Shown one piece after another: positions 1-9,071 of a DNA stretch of 64,000 nucleotides; within the stretch, counting starts at the first letter, position 1; every line of letters begins with the position of its first letter. Where the stretch lies: positions 51,279-115,278 of the forward strand of contig CBDBZY010000038.1 of the NCBI GenBank assembly GCA_965213685.1. Reading direction: 5' to 3'. The translations under genes were made by a program, and so were the position numbers. This stretch comes from a bacterium (GTDB lineage Bacteria; UBA8248). The notes below the pieces were generated by a model. It searched no databases and was not told the DNA's origin. It saw only the letters and a program-made list of their open reading frames with translations.

Positions 1-380
1 ATGGAATGCGCCCCGTAGTGGCCCTTCGAGATGTCGGCGATGTGCATGGAGCCCCCGCGCGCCCGGCAAAGGCCGGTGGACTTGCCGAGCAGCTCCGCCA
101 TCATCTCGGGCATCCGCGTGCCCTTGGCGATGGAGTGGCCGTGGCCCCGGTGGGTGGTCAGGATGGCGTCGTCCTCGTTCAGCGCCGCGCAGACGCCGAC
201 CGAGCACGCCTCCTGACCGATGCTGACGTGCACCGCTCCCTTCACCCGGCCGGCCATGAAAAACTCGTCGGTCTTCTCCTCGAACCGGCGAATGCGCAGC
301 ATGTTGCGGTACATCCCGTCCAAATCCTTCTTCGTCAGCTTCTTCGGCCTGGCCGATTTTCCCTTCGCCCTGGTGGACAC
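1..380 (-). CDS. TPP-dependent dehydrogenase E1 component alpha subunit (pyruvate/acetoin dehydrogenase type), 3'-truncated by window edge
   Basis: Manual minus-strand translation from GTG at 380 (RBS GGAGGAGG upstream): ...MYRNMLRIRRFEEK...GAVHVSIGQEA...THRGHGHSIAKG...GRGGSMH-like (ARGGSMHIAD). These are E1-alpha motifs. Not in the ORF track because the frame runs off the edge. Confidence 0.9.
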   Translation of the reverse strand, partial: MSTRAKGKSARPKKLTKKDLDGMYRNMLRIRRFEEKTDEFFMAGRVKGAVHVSIGQEACSVGVCAALNEDDAILTTHRGHGHSIAKGTRMPEMMAELLGKSTGLCRARGGSMHIADISKGHYGAHS

Positions 381-509
381 GGCGCCCTCCTCCCGGCGAT
401 ACCCCCGAGATAGAATAGAAACGTTGCCATATACGAACGATGCCAGGTTTTCAGGAGTATCACATGGCGCCATGCCGGTTCAATCGGCGGCAGGGCTGAG
501 AGGGGGGCG

Positions 510-1184
510 TCAGCCGGATTTCGGGGCGTAGCGCAGGAACAGCTCATCCTCCACCCGCCGCACCTCCATGAGCGTCAATCCCAGGAATTCGCCCGACCGA
601 AACCCCGCCCCGTCCACGAGCGTCGGGGCGGACGCCCCGCCCGCCAGCCAGGGGGTGAGCGTCACGTGAAACTCGTCGATGCGGCCGGCGAACTCCCACA
701 TGAGGCCGCCGCCGCCCTCGAGCAGGACGTTGTTCATCCCCCGACCCTCCAGATGCGCCAGCACCTGGGGCGCGAGGGCATCCTCCCCTTCCAGAAGAAC
801 GACCTGGGCGCGCTCTCCTTGCGCGTCCGTCAGGCGGGCCGCGCCTGCGGGACCGGTGAATACGAGCCTCTCGACGTCATCGGCCGCAAACCAGGGGAGC
901 CGGGGGGGGAACGCGCCCCCTCTCGTGATCACGCCGTTCACAGGATGGGGGGGGCGGTTTTTCTCCAGGCGCTCCTCGACGAGGCGCCTCTCCCGAACCC
1001 GCGCGGGGTGCCGCGCCGCCCGCAGCGTTTCGCCCCCCCAGAGCACGACGTCCGCCCGCGCTCTCAGGCGATCCATCTCCAACCGGTCCGCCCGGGAGCC
1101 GATGGAGAGATTCTCCCGGTCAAAGGCGGCGATCTTCCCGTCAAGCGTCATCGCCAGGTTCGCGAACACAAACGGCTCGCCCAT
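510..1184 (-). CDS. RibD C-terminal reductase / dihydrofolate reductase-like family protein
   Basis: VFANLAMTLDGKIA, RARADVVLWGGET and VLLEGGGGL...IDEFHVTLTP are RibD_C motifs. Start moved to ATG 1184. Confidence 0.85.
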   Translation of the reverse strand: MGEPFVFANLAMTLDGKIAAFDRENLSIGSRADRLEMDRLRARADVVLWGGETLRAARHPARVRERRLVEERLEKNRPPHPVNGVITRGGAFPPRLPWFAADDVERLVFTGPAGAARLTDAQGERAQVVLLEGEDALAPQVLAHLEGRGMNNVLLEGGGGLMWEFAGRIDEFHVTLTPWLAGGASAPTLVDGAGFRSGEFLGLTLMEVRRVEDELFLRYAPKSG

Positions 1185-1302
1185 CGCGCTTCCCGCCCCG
1201 TGGTTGTGATTTGCCCGGATAAGGCAGTAAAGTTCCTTCTCGACCCGTCCTCGCGAGCGTTGGGCGAGCGTTGGCATTCTATTATAGAGGAGACAAAGCG
1301 CC

Positions 1303-1953
1303 ATGGGTGAATTCGACCAGCGGGTGGACCTCCCGGAGCTCGACCTGCAAAAACTCAACGTCGGGCCGTACAGCAACAACGTGTATGTCCTGACCTGCAA
1401 GGCGACGGGGGAGTGCGTCATCATCGACACGTCCTACGCCGCTGCGCCGATTCTCGCCGCATGCGAGGGCGCTACGCCCAAATACATCCTGCAGACGCAT
1501 TGCCACGCGGACCACATCGACGCACTCGAGGAGGTGCGCACCCGGACGGGCGCCCCGCTGGGACAGCACGCCGAAGACGCCAGGGAGTTCGGCATCCAGC
1601 CGGATTTCACCATCGGCGACGGCGAGGACATCCGGTTCGGGAACGTCGCGCTCCGGGCGATCCACGCACCCGGCCACTGCCGGGGGATGCTGATGTTCCA
1701 TTACCCGGGGCACTGCGTCTGCGGGGATACGATTTTCCCCGGGGGGCCCGGAAAAACCTGGAGCCACGCGCAGCTGCTGACCCTGCTCGATTCCATCAGG
1801 AACAAGGTTTTCGCCCTGCCGGACGACACGGTTCTCTACCCCGGGCACGGGGCGAACAGCACCGTCGCGCAGAGCAAGGAAGAATTCGCCAGGTTCGAGG
1901 CCGCCGGACGACCGGGGCCGAACGAATACGGGGACGTCACCTGGGATGGCTAA
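1303..1953 (+). CDS. MBL-fold metallo-hydrolase (glyoxalase II-like)
   Basis: THCHADH, PGH, GDTIF and YPGHG motifs; GGAG RBS. Confidence 0.9.
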   Translation: MGEFDQRVDLPELDLQKLNVGPYSNNVYVLTCKATGECVIIDTSYAAAPILAACEGATPKYILQTHCHADHIDALEEVRTRTGAPLGQHAEDAREFGIQPDFTIGDGEDIRFGNVALRAIHAPGHCRGMLMFHYPGHCVCGDTIFPGGPGKTWSHAQLLTLLDSIRNKVFALPDDTVLYPGHGANSTVAQSKEEFARFEAAGRPGPNEYGDVTWDG

Positions 1954-1972
1954 CACGGGAGGGAGGCCGGCC

Positions 1973-2366
1973 ATGCGATCCGCCGCCATCGAATTCGATC
2001 ATGTGCACATCATCAGCAGGGACCCGGAGGCCTCCGTGCGCTGGTTCGTCGAGAACCTCGGGGGCGAACGCGGGGAGGGGGGGCGAGGTGCGGGGCGCCC
2101 CGCAGATTCCCGTGCGATTCGGTGGTGCCACCGTCATCGTTCGGGGACAAAGAACAGGGGAGCGCGCGGGGGAGAAAGGCGGGCTCGAGTGGGGGACGGA
2201 TCATTTCGCCTTTCGGGTGGAGGGGGATTTTCGCGCCTTTTGCGACGGGCTTCAGGAAAAGGGCGTCCGCTTCACCGTGGCGCCCGTCCAGTTCAACCCG
2301 ACGACGCAGATCGCCTTCATCGAGGCGCCCGACGGCGTCAGCATCGAGCTGCTGCAAAGGACATGA
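1973..2366 (+). CDS. VOC/glyoxalase family protein (frameshift in G-run near 2077-2083, probably a sequencing error)
   Basis: N-half FDHVHIISRDPEASVRWF in one frame; C-half DHFAFRVE...IAFIEAPDGVSIELLQ in another. Confidence 0.8.
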
Positions 2367-2428
2367 AGACGGCGGGCGTCCACCCCGCCCCGAGAGACGG
2401 CGCGGCCCCCTCCTGAGAGGAAACTCCG

Positions 2429-3478
2429 TTGCTTCGCCTCGCGCGCGTCATAGCGGCGCACCTCCTGATTATTCTGGCGGCCGGCCCGACCGCCGCGCAG
2501 GAGGGGCCTCCTGCAGGCCGCGGCTCCTTCCCCCCGCCCCCGCCGCTCGGCCTCGACGACGTTCCCGTCCCCGCGCACAACCCCATGACGCGGCCCAAGG
2601 CCGAACTCGGAAAATGGCTGTTCTTCGACAAGCGCCTCTCCGCCGACGGCTCCGTCTCGTGCGCGACCTGCCACATGCCCCGCCGCGGGTTCTCGAACGC
2701 GCGCCAGTATGGAGTCGGCGTCCAGGGCAGGCTCACCCTCCGCAACGTGCCCACGGTGCTCAACGCCGCCTACCACGACGCCCAGTTCTGGGACGGGCGC
2801 GCCGGGAGCCTGGAGGAGCAGGCGCGGGTGCCCATACTCCACCCGAGCGAGATGGCCTCGAGCGAGGCCCGCATCGTGCGGACGCTCGGGGCGATCCCCG
2901 GCTATGCGACACAGTTCCGCGAGGCGTTCGGAAGCCCGGCGATCAGCCTCGAGCGGGTCGTCCAGGCCATCGCCACGTTCGAGCGCACCCTGCTCTCGGG
3001 GAATTCCCCGTTTGACCGCTGGAGGTTCGGGGGCGAGGCGTCCGCGCTGTCCGAACGGGCGATCCGGGGTTTCGGGGTCTTCGCGTCGAAGGGAAATTGC
3101 GTGAAATGCCATCTGGCGGATGCGTTCAGCGCGCCGTTCACGGACGGCAAATTTCACAACACCGGGGTCGGCATGGACAAGACCCCCCTGCAGATCGGAC
3201 GCGAAGCGGTCACGAAGCGCGTTCGGGACCGCGGCAAATTCAAGACGCCCACGTTGCGCCACATCGCCCGGACGGCCCCCTACATGCACGACGGCCGCTT
3301 TCGCACCCTGGAGGAGGTCGTGGAGTTCTACGACAGGGGCGGACACCCCAACCCCCACCTCGACCCCGACGTGAGGCCCCTGGGGCTCACGGACGCGGAA
3401 AAAAAAGACATGGTCGCCTTCCTGCGCACCCTGGAGGGCGACCTCCCGGAAATACGGGCGCCCGCGCTGCCGAGATGA
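2429..3478 (+). CDS. Di-heme cytochrome c peroxidase (bCcP/MauG family), exported
   Basis: Signal peptide, two CxxCH motifs (CATCH, CVKCH), LGKWLFFDKRLS, QFWDGR, FKTPTLR...APYMHDG. Confidence 0.92.
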   Translation: MLRLARVIAAHLLIILAAGPTAAQEGPPAGRGSFPPPPPLGLDDVPVPAHNPMTRPKAELGKWLFFDKRLSADGSVSCATCHMPRRGFSNARQYGVGVQGRLTLRNVPTVLNAAYHDAQFWDGRAGSLEEQARVPILHPSEMASSEARIVRTLGAIPGYATQFREAFGSPAISLERVVQAIATFERTLLSGNSPFDRWRFGGEASALSERAIRGFGVFASKGNCVKCHLADAFSAPFTDGKFHNTGVGMDKTPLQIGREAVTKRVRDRGKFKTPTLRHIARTAPYMHDGRFRTLEEVVEFYDRGGHPNPHLDPDVRPLGLTDAEKKDMVAFLRTLEGDLPEIRAPALPR

Positions 3479-3520
3479 GGCGCCGGAGGGGCGAGGGAGA
3501 GAGAGGAGGGAGGCTCATTA

Positions 3521-3955
3521 TTAATCCTTCAGCGGGTCTCTGGGGTCGTCCACGAACGTCGTGCCCGCCGCCTCCTTGTTGGGCATGCCGCCGTAGGTGA
3601 ATATCAGTTCCGCGGGCGCGGTCATACTCGGGTTCTCCTGGCCGTGAACGCACCCGCGGGGGAAATACACGAAATGGCCGACGGGCACCTCTTTTCGGGC
3701 GATCTCCTCCCCCTCTTTCCAGTAAATGTTGATCGGACCTTTCACCACATAAATCGTGGTGTCGCAGTTCTTGTGAAAGTGCAGCCCGTTGCGCCCGCGC
3801 GGAGGGATGATGGTCCTCCCCATGGTGATGGTGCCCGTCCCGGTCGTCTCCCGGTTCACCCCCCAGCGGATGTCGTAGGGAGGCTCGTAGGCCTTGTCCT
3901 CGTCCACGTCGAGAGAGTTGATCACCTTTGGTATGGGCAGCAAATCCGCCATCAT
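3521..3955 (-). CDS. Cupin domain protein
   Basis: HFH...IYVVKG and G.FVYFPRGCVH cupin motifs; GAGGAGG RBS. Confidence 0.8.
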   Translation of the reverse strand: MMADLLPIPKVINSLDVDEDKAYEPPYDIRWGVNRETTGTGTITMGRTIIPPRGRNGLHFHKNCDTTIYVVKGPINIYWKEGEEIARKEVPVGHFVYFPRGCVHGQENPSMTAPAELIFTYGGMPNKEAAGTTFVDDPRDPLKD

Positions 3956-4048
3956 GTTCCCTCCTCAGATACGGAATCCGCGTCATCCACCATCCACGTC
4001 ATCCATCATGCACATGACCAAATCATTATCATGAAAGCCTCTCGCCAC

Positions 4049-5290
4049 TCATCCGCCGCCCCCGCCGCGGGGCGGGTCGGTCCACGAAACGACGTTCTTC
4101 TCCCGCAAATCCTCCAGCTCCGGGGGGGCGATGCCCAGCAGGTCTCCGAGAACCTCCCGCGTATGCTCGCCCAGATAGGGTGCCCGCGTGAATTTCATGT
4201 CGGCCCCGGGCAGCCGGATGGGCGGTCCCAGGAGCCGCATCGCACCCGCCACGGGGTGTGCCACCTCCACGATCATCTCCCGCGCCAGCACCTGCGGGTC
4301 CTCCATCGCCTCGGCCACGGTGTTCACCGGCGCGAACGGAACGAACCCCTGGAGGAGGGAGGTCCACTCCGCGTTCGTTTTTTTCCGGAACTCGCGCTTC
4401 AGGATGTCCAGCAAGACCTCCCGGTTATCGAAGCGATCCCGGGTCGTGCGGAAGCGGGGGTCCCCGGCCAACTCCGCCCTGCCCATCCGCTCCACGAGGA
4501 TGGGGAAAAAATCATGCTTGAGGCAAAGCACGCTCACCCAGCCGTCTTCGGTCTGAAAATTCTGTGCCGGCACCAGGGAGGGATGCGCGCTCTGGGAGAA
4601 TTTCTGGGGGACGTAGCCGCAGTTCAGCGCCCAGGTGGCCATATAGGCGAGCTGGACGAGCGCGCCATCCATCAGCGCCACGTCAACGTCGCGTCCCCTG
4701 CCCGTTCGACCCGCCTCCCACAGCGCGGACAACAGCCCCACGAGCGCGATGAATCCGCCCGAGAAATCCACGAAGCTCACGCCCGCCTTCGTGGGGGGGC
4801 CGTCCGGCTCCCCCGTGAGGTTCATGATGCCGGCGTACGCCTGCATGAGATAGTCATACGCGGGCTCGGGCGCCCTAGGTCCCGTCATCCCGAATCCGGA
4901 CAGAAAACAGCACACGATTTTCTCGTTGTAGGGACTCAGGTGCCGGTAGGTGATCCCCAGCTTCTCGGGCGCGGTGCCCCGGCAGTTGGCGAACAGCGCG
5001 TCCGCCTCTGCGACGAGCCTGCGCAGTATCGCCCTTCCCTCCGGCGTGCGAATCCGCAGCGCCACGCTCTTCTTGTTGCGGTTGAACGTCTGGAAATAGT
5101 AGCTGTCGTTCTCCGGAAGGGAATAGGGGGGAACGGGCCGCGCGGAGTCGCCGCCCACGGCGTGGTCCTCGATTTTGATGACCTCGGCACCCATGTCCGC
5201 CAACAGCTGCGAGGCCAGCGGCCCCGCCCCGAACTGCTCGACCGCCAGGATTCGCAGCCCCTCCAGCGGACGCCCGCCATCCATTCGCAC
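4049..5290 (-). CDS. Class III CoA-transferase (CaiB/BaiF family)
   Basis: PLEGLRIL...AGP...LADMGAEVIKIE, NRNKKS, GFGMTGP, AYDYLMQA, PYLGEHTREVL. Confidence 0.93.
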   Translation of the reverse strand: MRMDGGRPLEGLRILAVEQFGAGPLASQLLADMGAEVIKIEDHAVGGDSARPVPPYSLPENDSYYFQTFNRNKKSVALRIRTPEGRAILRRLVAEADALFANCRGTAPEKLGITYRHLSPYNEKIVCCFLSGFGMTGPRAPEPAYDYLMQAYAGIMNLTGEPDGPPTKAGVSFVDFSGGFIALVGLLSALWEAGRTGRGRDVDVALMDGALVQLAYMATWALNCGYVPQKFSQSAHPSLVPAQNFQTEDGWVSVLCLKHDFFPILVERMGRAELAGDPRFRTTRDRFDNREVLLDILKREFRKKTNAEWTSLLQGFVPFAPVNTVAEAMEDPQVLAREMIVEVAHPVAGAMRLLGPPIRLPGADMKFTRAPYLGEHTREVLGDLLGIAPPELEDLREKNVVSWTDPPRGGGGG

Positions 5291-5466
5291 GACCTCTCTC
5301 TCCAGAAATTTCCGGGCGCGGGATTCGACGCATCATGCGGCGTCAGATGCGTTCCCGGGGGCCGACGATGCGCCGGCGCCGGGGCGACATCAACGCCTTC
5401 TCCCCCGCAGGATCACGCCGCAGGAGCGCGCATCCGCGCCCATGAGCATCAGATTAGTGTAAAACG

Positions 5467-5486
5467 CCGCAAAAGTATATTTGCGG
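5467..5486. promoter_or_regulatory. Palindromic candidate operator CCGCAAA-N6-TTTGCGG in a divergent promoter region
   Basis: Perfect 7-bp inverted repeat lying just upstream of an extended -10-like TGCTAGAAT (5508-5516). Confidence 0.35.
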
Positions 5487-5592
5487 TTTCTCATCCGCCG
5501 GGTATTTTGCTAGAATGGCTTTCCACGTGTTTGATTTTGGAAATATGTCGGATAGGGCTTTCGTCTTTCACAGATGGGGAATCTCCACATCC

Positions 5593-6339
5593 ATGGCCAC
5601 GAAAATATCGATTCAGAACCTGCGAAAAATCTATGATACCCCCGAACGGCGGGTTCACGCCCTCGAAGGCGTGAATCTCGACATCGCCGACGGCGAGTTC
5701 CTCTGTCTCGTCGGGCTGTCGGGCTGCGGGAAAACGACGCTGCTGAACATGCTCGCCGGCTTCGTCGAGATTACCGCGGGGCACATCACGCTGGACGGGA
5801 GGACGCTTTCGCAAGATTACGACAAGGGCGTCGTGTTCCAGGAATACGCCCTGTTCCCCTGGCGCACGGCCAGGCAAAACGTGGAATACGGCCTGGAGAT
5901 CCGGAAGGTGCCGGAGGAGGAACGCAGAAAAATCGCCCTGGATTTTCTGCGCCTCGTGCGCCTGGAGGATTTCGCGGATTTCTTCCCGCACAACCTCTCG
6001 GGCGGGATGCGCCAGCGGGTGGCGGTGGCCCGGGCCATGGCATTTGACCCGCAAGTTCTCCTGATGGATGAGCCGTTCGGCGCACTCGACGCCCAGACGC
6101 GCGAGGAATTGCAGGAGCTGACCGTCGACGTATGGCAGAAAACGAAAAAGACCATCATCTACGTCACCCACAACCTGAGCGAGGCCGTGTATCTGGGGAA
6201 CCGAATCGTCGTTTTCGTTCCGAACCCGGGAAGAATTCGGGAGATCGTGAAAGTGGACCTCCCCAGGCCCAGGGACGATCTCGCGCCCGAGTTCATCCGA
6301 CTGCAACGACACGTCAACGCTCTGATTCGTGATTTCTAG
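5593..6339 (+). CDS. ABC transporter ATP-binding protein (TauB/SsuB family)
   Basis: Walker A GLSGCGKTT, LSGGMRQR, LLMDEPFGALD, VTH. Confidence 0.93.
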   Translation: MATKISIQNLRKIYDTPERRVHALEGVNLDIADGEFLCLVGLSGCGKTTLLNMLAGFVEITAGHITLDGRTLSQDYDKGVVFQEYALFPWRTARQNVEYGLEIRKVPEEERRKIALDFLRLVRLEDFADFFPHNLSGGMRQRVAVARAMAFDPQVLLMDEPFGALDAQTREELQELTVDVWQKTKKTIIYVTHNLSEAVYLGNRIVVFVPNPGRIREIVKVDLPRPRDDLAPEFIRLQRHVNALIRDF

Positions 6340-6352
6340 AGAGGAATAACCT

Positions 6353-7279
6353 ATGCAAACCTCCCAGGCAGCGTCCGCTCCCCAGGCGATGGACGAGGTG
6401 AAAAAAAAGGTGAGGGTGCCGATATGGGTGAAGCTGCGGCCGATCTACCCGTTCATCGTCATCCTGGCGATCTGGCAAATCGCCGCCATGCAGGCACAGG
6501 GCAACCAGGGGAGGCTCTTCCCCACCGTGGACGCCATCGTCTATCGGGCATGGGAGCTGATTACGGGCCCCCTGTTCCGGGCGCTGGCGGAAAACCCGAA
6601 CCTCGCGTTTGGGGAGCAGCTGTGGAAGCTCCTGGAGAGCCCGATTCTGCTCCACACCATCAACACCGCGTGGCGTCTGCCGTTCTCGTTTTTGATCGCC
6701 GCCGTCGTCGGCACCATCGTGGGCATACTGATGGGGCGCTTCGCCTTCTGGGAGTCGTTTTTCGTTCCGCTCCTCTCCGTGCTGCTGCCGATTCCGGCCA
6801 TCGCATGGACGCCCATCGTCGTCATCTGGTCGGGCATCGGGAACCAGACGGTCATCGTCATCACGGCCTTCGCCTCCTTCCTGCCCATCGCCATGGCCGT
6901 CTGGACGGGCGTGAAAACCGTCAACCCCGTATGGATACGCGCGGCCCAGTCCATGAACGCGGACAAGATGACGATCTTCCGCACCGTCGTTCTGCCGGGC
7001 TCGCTGCCGATGATCCTGAGCGGTCTGCGCATCGGCCTGGCGCGCGCCTGGCGCGCGGGCGTGGGCGCCGAGGCGTTCGCCGGCATCCGCTGGGGGCTTT
7101 CCGCCGGCATCTTCGACGCCCAGGAATACCTTGACATCGCGTTCATGATGGTCGCACTCGCCGTCCTCGGACTTTTCGGCTTCGTCCTCGAAAAAGTGCT
7201 CTTCCAGCCCCTCGAAAGCCGCACCGTCATCCGCTGGGGCATGATGGAGGCGATGGGCGGCCAGGACAAAAAGGTGTAA
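6353..7279 (+). CDS. ABC transporter permease (TauC/SsuC family)
   Basis: Multiple TM segments, PIPAIAW, EAA-like RAAQSMNA, SGLRIGLARAW. Confidence 0.9.
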   Translation: MQTSQAASAPQAMDEVKKKVRVPIWVKLRPIYPFIVILAIWQIAAMQAQGNQGRLFPTVDAIVYRAWELITGPLFRALAENPNLAFGEQLWKLLESPILLHTINTAWRLPFSFLIAAVVGTIVGILMGRFAFWESFFVPLLSVLLPIPAIAWTPIVVIWSGIGNQTVIVITAFASFLPIAMAVWTGVKTVNPVWIRAAQSMNADKMTIFRTVVLPGSLPMILSGLRIGLARAWRAGVGAEAFAGIRWGLSAGIFDAQEYLDIAFMMVALAVLGLFGFVLEKVLFQPLESRTVIRWGMMEAMGGQDKKV

Positions 7280-7310
7280 CCACAACCAGACCGCAGAACC
7301 GCGCGCGAAA

Positions 7311-7358
7311 CAAGAATTAGACCCCCGGGAGCAGAAATTCCCGGGGGTCTAATTCTTG
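7311..7358 (+). terminator. Perfect 20-bp-arm inverted repeat (hairpin) after the permease
   Basis: CAAGAATTAGACCCCCGGGA-N8-TCCCGGGGGTCTAATTCTTG. No clear U-tract follows. Confidence 0.5.
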
Positions 7359-7520
7359 CCGGCGCCTTTCGTCCCTCCCTCCTCTCTCTCGGCGCCTTTT
7401 CGCCTCCGGGGGACGGCGGCCACCAGTCCCTCCCCTCCCTCCCCGTGCGAAGAGTTTTGTTTGCATTTCGCCCCCCTCCCCTCCGCCACGCGCGGAGATT
7501 TTGTTGGGTTGGGTTGAGTC

Positions 7521-7679
7521 CGCGCCGCCGCCCCGCGCGCCCTCCCTCGCGCATGAACGCGGATATGGCTGCCGTCGTTGTCCGTCCCGCCTTACAGAAC
7601 GCGCCGCCGCCCCGCGCGCCCTCGCGCATGAACACGGGGATATGGCTGCGGTTGTCCGTCCCGCCATTACAGAACGCGC
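7521..7679. repeat. Imperfect tandem repeat, two copies of ~75-79 bp
   Basis: CGCGCCGCCGCCCCGCGCGCCCT...CGCGCATGAAC...GGATATGGCTGC...GTTGTCCGTCCCGCC...TTACAGAA at 7521-7599 and 7600-7674. Confidence 0.85.
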
Positions 7680-7973
7680 GACAGAACCGCGCGGCGGGGG
7701 AGTAGTCTTGCGCGCGCGGCGGCGGTCCGCGCGGAATCCTGAAATCCTGGACGCGACCGCGCTTTTCCTCTCTCACAGAGTCCGCGCGCATCCTCCCTCC
7801 TCTCTCTCCCTTTTTCGATGCGCGACGGGGCGCGTCGGCTGATCATCCGCACCGGGCGGCGGCCGTTCGGGAAAGGCTTGGGGGGCGGGGGCGGTGCGAC
7901 GCACGAACAGGCCGGGGGGGGGGGGGGGGGGACCCGCGCGCCCTCACACGCTTCTCCGCGGGATTCCGTCCAC

Positions 7974-8015
7974 AAAAAAACCCTCGGGGGATGATGGGCA
8001 TCCCCCGAGGGTTTT
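7974..8015 (-). terminator. Rho-independent terminator of the substrate-binding protein gene
   Basis: 17-bp arms AAAACCCTCGGGGGATG / CATCCCCCGAGGGTTTT; the stem ends in a T7 run on the minus strand. Confidence 0.8.
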
Positions 8016-8078
8016 CCTTGCTTGGTACTCGGTGCTTGGCGGCCTGTGCGTGCCGCCGCCGACGCGACCCGCTCAAGC

Positions 8079-9071
8079 CTAGTTGAAGCCGATGTCCTTC
8101 GCGGCCTTGCGGAGGATGGAGTCGTCGAGGAACGGGCTCTTGCGGAAGTCGGGACGGCTCTTGATCCAGCCGAGCTGTATCTGCTTGTCCCCCATCTTGT
8201 TCAGATAGTTCCGCACCCTGTCGTTCAGGAAGATTTCGGACTTCATCTTCTTGACGACCTTGAGCGTGGTGCTCTCCTTGGCCTTGTCGCCGACTTCCTG
8301 CAACGCCCTGGTGTAGACCTTGGCGTAGGTCCCGGGGTCTTTTTTCAGGAGTTGATGCGCCTTCAGCCAGCCCCGGAAGTACTTGTAGTAGAGGTCGGGG
8401 TGTTTTTTCATCGTCTGGGGGTTGCCCACGTGCATCATGCTCGGGTTGTCATATTTGCAGAGATCCTCGAGATACCGGACCAGACCCGCCTCGCGGGCGA
8501 TCTCCCCCTGGGGCTCGCCTATCATGGCAGCCTGGGCGGCGCCGGAGAGCAGGGCGGCGACGCGCTCCGTGGCGCGAACGCTCAGGAGCGGGAAGTCCGA
8601 GCTCTTCAGGCCATACGCCGGAAGAACGAAGGCCTGGAAGGCGAAGTCCGTGCTCGTGCCCTTCTTGTTGGCGAAAACCGAGCCTTTGAGATCGCGCAGG
8701 CTCTTCGCCTTGGAGTTCACGGGCACGATGATGTTGATGGCCTCGCACATGTTGGCCGTCACGCCGATCGCCATCACCCGCGCGCCTTTGGAGATGGCCG
8801 TGGTGAAGGGGGAGAAGCCCGTGGTGCCGGTGTCCAGGTTGTTCTGGATAATGGCGTTACGCATCAGTTTGCCCTGCTTGAAGTGCCCGATCGTGTACTT
8901 CAGGCCTTCTTTTTTCCAGTAGCCCATGCGGTCGGCGATGATCTCGAAGGAACCCCACATGGAGCGGTGCGCACCGATTCGCAGCGTCGCCGAATCGGCC
9001 GGCACGGCCGCGGCGAACGTCCCCGCGACAAATGCGGCGGCCAGTGCGAAACCAACTAGTCTTTTACGCAT
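8079..9071 (-). CDS. ABC transporter substrate-binding protein (SsuA/TauA/NMT1-like)
   Basis: Signal peptide MRKRLVGFALAAAFVAG, DLKGSVFANKKGTS, ALLSGAAQAAMIGEP; start at ATG 9071. Confidence 0.85.
   Translation of the reverse strand: MRKRLVGFALAAAFVAGTFAAAVPADSATLRIGAHRSMWGSFEIIADRMGYWKKEGLKYTIGHFKQGKLMRNAIIQNNLDTGTTGFSPFTTAISKGARVMAIGVTANMCEAINIIVPVNSKAKSLRDLKGSVFANKKGTSTDFAFQAFVLPAYGLKSSDFPLLSVRATERVAALLSGAAQAAMIGEPQGEIAREAGLVRYLEDLCKYDNPSMMHVGNPQTMKKHPDLYYKYFRGWLKAHQLLKKDPGTYAKVYTRALQEVGDKAKESTTLKVVKKMKSEIFLNDRVRNYLNKMGDKQIQLGWIKSRPDFRKSPFLDDSILRKAAKDIGFN

Noticed and set aside
7521-7679. Possible CRISPR array
   Set aside because: Only two long adjacent units, no unique spacers and no cas genes.
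7914-7931. G18 run as a phase-variation or G-quadruplex element
   Set aside because: Intergenic between convergent genes, and homopolymer length is unreliable in this assembly.
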